From an uncultured Pseudomonadota bacterium (lineage in GTDB: Bacteria > Oederibacteriota > Muellerivitia > Muellerivitales > Muellerivitaceae), in NCBI GenBank assembly GCA_963836235.1, contig CAWIIP010000002.1:1440001-1504000 (forward strand): DNA of 64,000 nucleotides. Reading direction: 5' to 3'. Under the pieces are notes generated by a model. It did not search any database. It was not told where the DNA came from and was given only the letters and a program-made list of their open reading frames with translations. A program made the translations under genes and the position numbers. Numbering within the stretch: the stretch's first letter is position 1; the number at the start of each line of letters is the position of its first letter. Positions 47,746 through 55,350 of this stretch are shown one piece after another.

Positions 47746-48566
47746 TCGGTTTGTCCCAAGGGAATTTTAAAATTATTTCCGCAAGCCTCTAGGTACCATT
47801 TCATCGCTTCTTTATGATCACGGATAACCCCGCCAAGCCCATCGTCATAAAGGTACCCGATGTTAATTTCGGCCGGTGCGAATCCTTTCTTGGCGGCTTT
47901 TCGATACCATCTCATCGCCGAATGAAAGTCTTGATCTCCATTTTCAGTGCGTCCAGTACTATATAGTTCACCTATGCTGTTTTCCGCATTGGCATTTCCA
48001 AGATCGGCGGCTTTTCGATACCAAATCATTGCTTGAGTATAATCCCCGGACTTTTCAGCTTTTAATCCCTTGTTCAACTCCACCAACCCGGGAGAAGATT
48101 CCGCGCAAAAGGAAAGACTTTTGAGGACTTCAATGTTTTTTAGCGCTGCTTTGTCCCCCTGAGCAAAGGCTTTTTGAAACCAATTCATGGCTTCCGTGTA
48201 ATCCATCCACACCCCAAGACCTTTTTCATAACAAATACCGATGGCGTTTTCGGCACCAATATTTCCTTTACTAGCGGATTGCCTGTAATACATCATGGCT
48301 TGTTCATAATCTTGATCTTGGGTTGCTCCCAAACCATTAGCATATAAGTCACCTATTTCTTTTTCGGCTTGGTCATTTCCTTGTGCTGCGGCTTTTTGGA
48401 ACGATTGCATAGCGTGGACATAATCCCCGATTTTTGCAGCACTTAAACCAACTTTTAATTCATCGGAACCAGCCGAGGTTTGTGCCAAAAGGAAAGTGGA
48501 ATTCCAAAAAACAATCCCGAATGAAAGTAGAAGAGTTAAATAGCTATGGGCAAAAGAATGTTTCAT
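47742..48566 (-). CDS. Secreted Sel1-repeat protein
   Basis: Signal peptide; repeats A...IG.LY..G.G..QDY..AM.WY.KAA..G. Confidence 0.88.
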   Translation of the reverse strand: MKHSFAHSYLTLLLSFGIVFWNSTFLLAQTSAGSDELKVGLSAAKIGDYVHAMQSFQKAAAQGNDQAEKEIGDLYANGLGATQDQDYEQAMMYYRQSASKGNIGAENAIGICYEKGLGVWMDYTEAMNWFQKAFAQGDKAALKNIEVLKSLSFCAESSPGLVELNKGLKAEKSGDYTQAMIWYRKAADLGNANAENSIGELYSTGRTENGDQDFHSAMRWYRKAAKKGFAPAEINIGYLYDDGLGGVIRDHKEAMKWYLEACGNNFKIPLGQTD

Positions 48567-48582
48567 GCCTTTCTCCTTAAAG

Positions 48583-48981
48583 TTATTGAGGCTTTTGGGG
48601 AACAATCGGTTTCATCTTACAAACTTTTGAAACCAAAAACCGGTTGCGGTTGAAGACGCGATAGGCCATCCAAAAAAGACTTCTCAAACCTGGAAGGCTG
48701 AAAAAGTAACCGATTGGGCTGGTCCACCAAATATTTCTGAAGATATAAAGATAAGCGTCGGCCCCAGAAATGATGCTGTTGTCCTCAAACAATATTCGAA
48801 TGTCCCGGGTTAATTCCTCATCCGTAAAGCCGGTGCGCTTTTGGACCCACTTCGCTTGCAGGGGTTCAATCTTGAAACCCTTTGAGGCCAGTAAGTCGCC
48901 CCAGAAGGGTATCCACCAACTGCAAAAGCCGCAGGCCCCATCGTAAAGCACCCAGCCTTTGATTTCTTTTGGAGTTTTCAT
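48583..48981 (-). CDS. DCC/DUF393 thiol-disulfide oxidoreductase-like protein
   Basis: VLYDGACGFC; Y..F.RNR. Confidence 0.85.
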   Translation of the reverse strand: MKTPKEIKGWVLYDGACGFCSWWIPFWGDLLASKGFKIEPLQAKWVQKRTGFTDEELTRDIRILFEDNSIISGADAYLYIFRNIWWTSPIGYFFSLPGLRSLFWMAYRVFNRNRFLVSKVCKMKPIVPQKPQ

Positions 48982-48985
48982 TCGG

Positions 48986-49753
48986 CTAGACCTTTCGACC
49001 GGGATAGATATTTACGTGAGAACCTTCCGCCACAAAAGCGGAATGGGGTTTACGGCTTAAGGCTGCCGAAAACCGGTCGCCGTAAAAAGAACGGACCGCT
49101 TTATCTACCGTCATCTTGAGGTGGCTCCAATATCTCCAGGGTTCATGTTGTACCCGATACTCTTTGACGGAGCCATTCTTTTGCCGGGTATAACCCCAAT
49201 AATGCTCCAAAATAAATTCTTCGATCGACTTTTTTCGGAGAGGTTGCGGATTTCCGGTTGTTTTGGCCGTGAACCCGACCCACTTTTCCCCTATTTTCCA
49301 CTCATAGGTACACTCGTACCTATTCTTCGGGTTTGATACATCTTTCTGAAGTATCAGGTGCCCCATGGGATAAGCCACATAGGGTTCGTTGTATAAAACC
49401 CGTGCGCCCCAAGCAATGGGGGCGAACGGAACAATCTCACGGATAAAACAAACCGCCCGGCGAATTTCATTACCCACTTTTTTACGGACATAAAACCTAA
49501 GATTAATCTCTTCAAAATTTTGAAAAGGAAACATCGGAATAACGCCGAAAAGTTTTGTGTTTTGAAACAAAAATCCGACCAAGCTGATGAAGGTTTTCTT
49601 TTGGTAAGAGTCTAATTCGGTTCCAGGAGGCACCAAGGGCTTCAACAGGGCGGGATTAATTTGATAGTTGATGACGATTAAATATCGCCAATAGGAACTG
49701 AGCAATGGGAGGGATGGCCGGGTGGGACCGCTAATATCTTTATTCGCTTGCAA
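48986..49753 (-). CDS. DUF2071 (YqjF-like) protein
   Basis: WRYL...NY, P.GTELD, FEEINLRFYV, FILEHYWGY, Y.V.H.PW. Confidence 0.85.
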   Translation of the reverse strand: MQANKDISGPTRPSLPLLSSYWRYLIVINYQINPALLKPLVPPGTELDSYQKKTFISLVGFLFQNTKLFGVIPMFPFQNFEEINLRFYVRKKVGNEIRRAVCFIREIVPFAPIAWGARVLYNEPYVAYPMGHLILQKDVSNPKNRYECTYEWKIGEKWVGFTAKTTGNPQPLRKKSIEEFILEHYWGYTRQKNGSVKEYRVQHEPWRYWSHLKMTVDKAVRSFYGDRFSAALSRKPHSAFVAEGSHVNIYPGRKV

Positions 49754-49781
49754 CTAGATCTCCATATGGACAAGCTTCAAG

Positions 49782-50141
49782 TCAGTAAATTAAACCTGAA
49801 TGATCGTTTTTAAAATCTGTTGGAGAGTTTTTTTGATCGCTGGCGTGAAGACGGCCCATTTTTTGAATCACTAAATTCTTCTCAATCGTAGTCAAGATGG
49901 GCTTGAAAACGGAAGGCTTTAAAAGGCCTGCTCCTTTCCAGTGGGAAAGACTAGTTCCCCCAAACACGGTCGAAGCGGCGGGTTGGCTGGTTAAGGCCAG
50001 GATAATCAGGTCGGGGCGGGAAAGGTTGTAGGTTCTTGAGCTTATAACAACGGCAGGACGCTTCTTAACGGCGGTTTGGTTGGAGAAGGGAAAAGGAACG
50101 AGGAGAACATCTCCAAAATCATAGTTTGTCGTAGATGGCAT
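49782..50141 (-). CDS. PemK/MazF-family toxin (possible frameshift near C-terminus)
   Basis: FGDVLLVPFPFS....KKRPAVVIS, GLLKPS; start overlaps the antitoxin end. Confidence 0.85.
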   Translation of the reverse strand: MPSTTNYDFGDVLLVPFPFSNQTAVKKRPAVVISSRTYNLSRPDLIILALTSQPAASTVFGGTSLSHWKGAGLLKPSVFKPILTTIEKNLVIQKMGRLHASDQKNSPTDFKNDHSGLIY

Positions 50142-50325
50142 CTTCGGGATTATCCCAGACCTTTGAAAAAGACTTTTCGGAAAGTTTAGAAGCGGCTTTG
50201 GCCAATTGCCTGTCGGAACCTTTGTGGCCAAGGAACTCCACGAAATTCTCAACTTCATTGATCTTGTCGGCGGGAAGAGCCTCGATTTTTTTGATGAGCG
50301 TTAAGACGTTTTTCTTGGTTCTCAT
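50119..50325 (-). CDS. DUF2281-like antitoxin
   Basis: IEALP.DKINEV.NFVEFL...SE..F.KVWDNPED.IYD, directly upstream of the toxin. Confidence 0.8.
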   Translation of the reverse strand: MRTKKNVLTLIKKIEALPADKINEVENFVEFLGHKGSDRQLAKAASKLSEKSFSKVWDNPEDAIYDKL

Positions 50326-50433
50326 GAAAATCATTATACCTTTTTAACGGATAGTCCAAAAGTTGAAAAAATAAACCGCACGAAAATCGGCCACTTTGTT
50401 TACAACCGATTCTTTCGGCGATACTCATTCGAC

Positions 50434-50605
50434 TTACTTCTTAAAAAAGACAAAAAAATCATGAATGGCCCTTCCAGAGTTTCCTTTCTTGACGGGCTTA
50501 TGTGGAACGGTCTTAAAGCCAACCTCCACTAGCCATTTGGCATAGGTAGGATGATCGTCGTGGCTCCAAAATATTTTCGCTCCAAACATCGGGCCTGGGT
50601 CCAGT
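50434..50605 (-). pseudogene. 3' fragment paralogous to the methyltransferase at 54700-55323
   Basis: Translates MFGAKIFWSHDDHPTYAKWLVEVGFKTVPHKPVKKGNSGRAIHDFFVFFKK* versus WFGAEMFWSHADHETYTQWLEETGFKIVRHKPVKEGKSGKAIHDLFFCLKK*. Confidence 0.8.
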
Positions 50606-50695
50606 AAAAACCTTTATTTGAAGGCCTTTTCTTGGGGCCGCCGTGATTTTATGGGATAATTGGGTCTGAGATAAAACCACTTTTGAAAGCTACCC

Positions 50696-53600
50696 ATGCC
50701 CCTTTCCTTTCTCTTTACCGACATCGAGGACTCCACCGCCAAATGGGAAGCGGATCACCGCGCCATGAGCCGGGCCCTGCTTCAGCATGATCGGGTCTTG
50801 AATGAGGCGGTTCAGGCGGCGGGCGGGAGAATCGTCAAGCACACCGGCGACGGCATTTTCGCGGTTCTTTCCAGCGAGGATTCCTTAAGGTGCGCGCTGG
50901 ATATTCAGAAGCGCGTGGGGGCCTGCCACTGGGAGCCCTTTGCGGGTTTCCGAGTGCGCATTGGGCTGCACGCGGGCGAAGCCGAGGAGCGTAACGGGGA
51001 TTTTTTCGGGCCTGTCATCAATTGCGCGGCGCGGGTCATGTCCAAGGCGGGGGGCGGGCAGGTGTTGGCGACCCAGGAGGCGGTGCAGGAAGGGGCCTTG
51101 CCGGAGCAAGCCACGGCCGCCGACGTGGGGGTCTTCCGCCTGAAGGGCATCGAGAAGCCCCACCGGCTTTTTCAACTGCACCATCCCCAGATGGAACAGC
51201 GTGTTTTCCAACAGATCAAAAACGACGATGTCACCCTCTCCGGCCTGCCCACCGCCACCGAACAAATGCAAGGCCGCCAGAATGAGTTGAAGGAAGCCCT
51301 GGCATTATTTGAAAGCGGGCGGTTAGGCCTGCTGACCATAACGGGCCAGGCCGGGGTGGGCAAAACCCGCTTCGCGCTGGCCTTGGGCGAGCGCTTGAGT
51401 TCCCATTATCCCGATGGCACCTGCTTCATCGATTTGTCCACGGTCGACGGACGGGACACCCTGGGCAAAAGCGTAGCCCAGGCCCTGGGGCTGAACCTAC
51501 CCCATACGGAAGAAACCGATTTGGTGGTCTACCAATATCTGGCAGAGCGGCAGTTGCTCTTGATCCTCGATAATTTCGAACACCTGACCACCAAGGCGCT
51601 CTTCGTGGGCAGGCTCCTCAAGGCCGCGCCCTTCGTGACGGTCTTGGCCACCTCGCGGGTGCGGCTGAACCTGCCCGGGGAAAAAATCTTCAATCTCTTG
51701 GGCCTCTCCGTGGAGCCGGAAGGCGGGGCGCTGGAAATGGCCGTGGCGGTGGCGCTGGCCTCGGGACGGGCCTTGAACAAGGCCGAGCGCGCGACCCTGC
51801 GGGAAATTTGCGTTTTATTGGAAGGCAACGCCCAGGCCATCCGCCTGGCGGTGGCGCTTTGCGCCGAAATGGAGCCAGAATCCCTTCTGAATCTCCTGCG
51901 GGAAATTCTTAGCGAGATGGGCGGCGATCGTTCCCTGGAAATCAGCGCCGGATTGAAGGGCGCGTTCGAGGCCCATTGGTGCACCCTCGACAATGACACC
52001 CGGGGGGTTCTGGCGAGGCTTTCGGTTTTCCACGCTGGCTTTTCCACCGACGCGGCGAGGGCCGTGAGCCAGGCCACTGAGGATCAGCTGGCGCGCCTTG
52101 GCCGTCGGCACCTACTTTTATCCCTGGAGGGCCGCCATCACCTGCACGAGTCGGTACGCCAAATGGCCCTGGCCCAACTGCAATTGGACCCCGCCGCCCG
52201 CGAGGCCAGCTGGCGGGCCTACCGGCGTTATTACATGGGTTTCCTGCGCGAGCACGCCCTGGAACTGCAGGGTGGCCCCCGCAAGGTGGAGCTTTTGAAA
52301 ATCATGGACCGCGACTTCGCCAATATCAGCGAAGCCTGGCGGCTGGCTTGCGAGGCGGACGGGGTGGCGGAAATCACCGAAGGGTCGGAGTCGCTTTGCC
52401 AATATGTCGACTTCCGCCATATTTACCGGGAAGGCACGCGGCTTTACGGCATGGGCCTGCAAAAATTGGAAGCCCAGGGGCGAAGCCGGGCCCTCGCCGA
52501 GATGTATATTCGGCAGTCCAACTGCCTGACTTTCCTGGGCCGCCTGGAGGAGGCGGACCATCTGCAGGCCATGGCCCTGGACTATTATCAGGCTGAGGGG
52601 AACCGCGAGAAGGAAGCCGCCACCTTCACCTTGATGGCCCAAGTGGCCAGTTCCCGGGGGGATTTCGCCGCCCAAATCCGCAACGCCTCCCAGGCGCTGG
52701 ATATCTGGCTTCAGTTGAAGGACGCCAAGGGCCAGGCCTGGGCCATGACCTATCTCTGCCAGGGTCATTTCCGGCGGGGCGAGTACAAGCCGGCGAAAGT
52801 CCGGGGAGAAGCGGCGGTCAAAATTTATGAGGCGGCGGGGGACATTTCGGGCCAGCTTTGGTCCATGAGCATCCTGGCCGAGGACATCTTCATGCTCGGG
52901 GAGATCAACGAAGCCCGGGCCCTTTGCTACAAAAGCCTGGAACTGGCCCGCCCCCTGGAGGAGCTTTGGGCCCTTGCCCGCACCAACAACATGCTGGCCC
53001 GTATCGCCGAGCTTCAAAGCGAATACCGGGAAGCCCGCCATTACCTCAAGGCCTGCAAGAAATATTTCATGCGCCTGGGGCTTGACCCGCAGATGGCCTT
53101 CAACCTGCGAAACCTCAGTGTGGAAATCCAGCTGGCGCTGGGGGACTACGCCGAGGCCGAGCGACTGCTGAGCGAATCCCTCGACACCAAGAACGCCCCC
53201 GAAAGCCGGATCGACCTAACCTGGCCCCTCAACCTCTTGGCCCAGTTGCGGCTGCAACAGGGCGATTTCAAGGGCGCCGCCGACATTTGCGACCAGGGTT
53301 TGAAGGAAGGAACTATGTACGCCGACGGCGGTTCCTGGTTCAAGGAAAACCTAGCGATAGTGCTGGCCGCCCTGGGCGAATATCCCCGCGCCTTGGACCT
53401 GACCCGGGAAAGCCTGCGGCAATCCATCCAAGCGGACTTTCCGCGAGGCCAGGCCTGGGGCCATATCCGGCTGGCGTCCGTCCTGGTGCCCTTGGGAAAA
53501 CTGGAGGAGGCCCGGGTGGCTTTGGATACGGCGCGAAAACTTCACGCCCAGCTGGGCGAGCCCCACGGCATGGCTTCCAACGACCTGCTGTTGGCCAAGA

Positions 53601-54058
53601 TCGAGCGCCTGGAGGGAAAGGTGCCGTCCGCCCTGCGCCTAGCCGCCCGGGGCCGGGACACCTACGCTAATTTAGGCATGCCCCGAAGCCTGGCCCTGGC
53701 CCACCTGGAACTGGGAAGCGCTTTGGCCGCCGCCGGGGACAAGGACCTGGCCGCCGAGCATTTTTCCACGGCCTTCAAGACCGCCGCCAAAGTAGAAGCC
53801 CTTCCCGTGGCCATGGCCGCCCTTCAGCGCCTGGCGGTGGTGAAAGCGGCCCGGGGAGAACCGTCTTTAGCGGTGCAGGCCCTCTTCGCGGTAGTGGAGG
53901 AGGAGGCTTGCGACGCCGAAACCCGCGAAACCGCCCAGCGTGAATTGGACAGCCTAACCCAGGCCCTGCCGAAGGAGGTTTTGGAGGAGGCCCGCCAAAA
54001 GGCCCGGGAACTGGGATGGAAAAAAACGGGAGAGTTGTTGGGCGTTGTTTTTGAGTGA
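50696..54058 (+). CDS. Class III nucleotide cyclase + STAND/NB-ARC ATPase + TPR protein
   Basis: FLFTDIEDST, GDG, RIGLHAG, FFGP.IN.AAR; GQAGVGKT, LLILDNFEH, TSR; helical repeats. Confidence 0.9.
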   Translation: MPLSFLFTDIEDSTAKWEADHRAMSRALLQHDRVLNEAVQAAGGRIVKHTGDGIFAVLSSEDSLRCALDIQKRVGACHWEPFAGFRVRIGLHAGEAEERNGDFFGPVINCAARVMSKAGGGQVLATQEAVQEGALPEQATAADVGVFRLKGIEKPHRLFQLHHPQMEQRVFQQIKNDDVTLSGLPTATEQMQGRQNELKEALALFESGRLGLLTITGQAGVGKTRFALALGERLSSHYPDGTCFIDLSTVDGRDTLGKSVAQALGLNLPHTEETDLVVYQYLAERQLLLILDNFEHLTTKALFVGRLLKAAPFVTVLATSRVRLNLPGEKIFNLLGLSVEPEGGALEMAVAVALASGRALNKAERATLREICVLLEGNAQAIRLAVALCAEMEPESLLNLLREILSEMGGDRSLEISAGLKGAFEAHWCTLDNDTRGVLARLSVFHAGFSTDAARAVSQATEDQLARLGRRHLLLSLEGRHHLHESVRQMALAQLQLDPAAREASWRAYRRYYMGFLREHALELQGGPRKVELLKIMDRDFANISEAWRLACEADGVAEITEGSESLCQYVDFRHIYREGTRLYGMGLQKLEAQGRSRALAEMYIRQSNCLTFLGRLEEADHLQAMALDYYQAEGNREKEAATFTLMAQVASSRGDFAAQIRNASQALDIWLQLKDAKGQAWAMTYLCQGHFRRGEYKPAKVRGEAAVKIYEAAGDISGQLWSMSILAEDIFMLGEINEARALCYKSLELARPLEELWALARTNNMLARIAELQSEYREARHYLKACKKYFMRLGLDPQMAFNLRNLSVEIQLALGDYAEAERLLSESLDTKNAPESRIDLTWPLNLLAQLRLQQGDFKGAADICDQGLKEGTMYADGGSWFKENLAIVLAALGEYPRALDLTRESLRQSIQADFPRGQAWGHIRLASVLVPLGKLEEARVALDTARKLHAQLGEPHGMASNDLLLAKIERLEGKVPSALRLAARGRDTYANLGMPRSLALAHLELGSALAAAGDKDLAAEHFSTAFKTAAKVEALPVAMAALQRLAVVKAARGEPSLAVQALFAVVEEEACDAETRETAQRELDSLTQALPKEVLEEARQKARELGWKKTGELLGVVFE

Positions 54059-54107
54059 GGTTTATAAAACCGTAACCGCAGGGACCTAGCGGGCCTTTAA
54101 ATTTCTT

Positions 54108-54644
54108 TTAAAGGCCATAACGTAAATCCAAAACCAAACCATTATTTTGGGGAGACAGATTCCAAGTCACCGAAGGGGATTGCTTCGTCACGCGGTTATA
54201 GCGTTGGACGGCGGTGTACTTGGCGGTTCCCGCCTCCAATTCCAGAAGCCCGCCCGCAACCCCCAAGACCGCCCCTGGAATGGCAATGGGCAAATAGGGA
54301 GTGGAAATATCCAGGCCCACCACATAGATGTGGGTGTTGGGAAAGAAAAGGGAAAGAACCGATAGGGCCACCGAACCGCCCAAGCCAAAAAACCCCAGGG
54401 TTTCATCCGACTCGGATTTACTCAAGAGGGAGCTGGCTTGCGGGTCGCTAATAGAATCAATCGCGTTTTTCAACTGCGGCCCGGAAAGCACCTTGTCGTT
54501 TTGCAAATATTGCATCCCGCCCAGGGTGGTCCAGTGGGTTTGGATGGGGGAATAGGTTGGAGTGGAATCGGGGGAGGCATCTTCCGCCCAAGCCACCGGC
54601 ACCAACGAAGAAATTAAAAAAACCGCGAGAAAAAACCGGATCAT
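54108..54644 (-). CDS. Hypothetical exported/membrane protein
   Basis: Signal peptide, two hydrophobic segments, AV.RYN; RBS GAGGA. Confidence 0.7.
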   Translation of the reverse strand: MIRFFLAVFLISSLVPVAWAEDASPDSTPTYSPIQTHWTTLGGMQYLQNDKVLSGPQLKNAIDSISDPQASSLLSKSESDETLGFFGLGGSVALSVLSLFFPNTHIYVVGLDISTPYLPIAIPGAVLGVAGGLLELEAGTAKYTAVQRYNRVTKQSPSVTWNLSPQNNGLVLDLRYGL

Positions 54645-54699
54645 GAAAGTCCTCTCATTAATTCGAAGCGTGTTTTAAATTCACGCCGACCATTATCTT

Positions 54700-55323
54700 T
54701 TATTTCTTGAGACAAAAGAATAAATCATGAATGGCCTTCCCTGATTTTCCTTCTTTAACGGGCTTATGCCGAACGATCTTGAAGCCCGTTTCCTCAAGCC
54801 ATTGGGTATAGGTTTCATGGTCGGCGTGGCTCCAAAACATCTCGGCGCCGAACCAATTTTTTTCCCGGCCGGTCCAGCGGCCATGGCCGAGCATGGCGGC
54901 AAAGGCCCCGCCCGGCTTGAGCCAGCGGCAAATACGCCGCAACAAGGGGCGTTGTTCCTTCATGGGCAAGTGGATGATCGAATAAAAGCTGACGACGGCA
55001 TCAAAGCTTTCCGCCGGAAATCTTAGCTGGGTCATGTCCGCCCGCCGGAACCGGCCCTGGGGCACCAGCTTTTTCGCGCGACGGATTTGGACGTCCGAAA
55101 TGTCCACACCCAAGTAAGAATGGTTCCGGGCGAAATATTGAGCCGCCGGGACACCCATCCCGCAACCCAGCTCTAAAACCTTCCCGCCCTTTTCCGATCG
55201 CCGTCCGACCCAAGCCAGCCAAGGAAGCATGTTCTTGGCGTCCTCGCCCCGGCCTTGGTCGTCACGGTAACGAAAGGAAATGCGGTTATAACCTTTTCGA
55301 ACCGTTTGCTTGGAACCGGGCAT
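54700..55323 (-). CDS. Class I SAM-dependent methyltransferase
   Basis: VLELGCGMG, GVDIS, FDAVVSFYSIIHLP, WLKPGG. Confidence 0.9.
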   Translation of the reverse strand: MPGSKQTVRKGYNRISFRYRDDQGRGEDAKNMLPWLAWVGRRSEKGGKVLELGCGMGVPAAQYFARNHSYLGVDISDVQIRRAKKLVPQGRFRRADMTQLRFPAESFDAVVSFYSIIHLPMKEQRPLLRRICRWLKPGGAFAAMLGHGRWTGREKNWFGAEMFWSHADHETYTQWLEETGFKIVRHKPVKEGKSGKAIHDLFFCLKK

Positions 55324-55350
55324 GGGAACTCCTGGGTAGGTTTTGTCTCT

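Noticed and set aside
47742-50325. Second cassette array (Sel1, DUF393, DUF2071, MazF pair)
   Set aside because: Cassette-like content, but no 28-bp sites found by eye; only a weak TGTCCATATGG half match near 49770.
50434-50605. Methyltransferase remnant as a DGR template repeat
   Set aside because: Differences from the gene copy include many C/T and G/C changes rather than adenine-specific ones.
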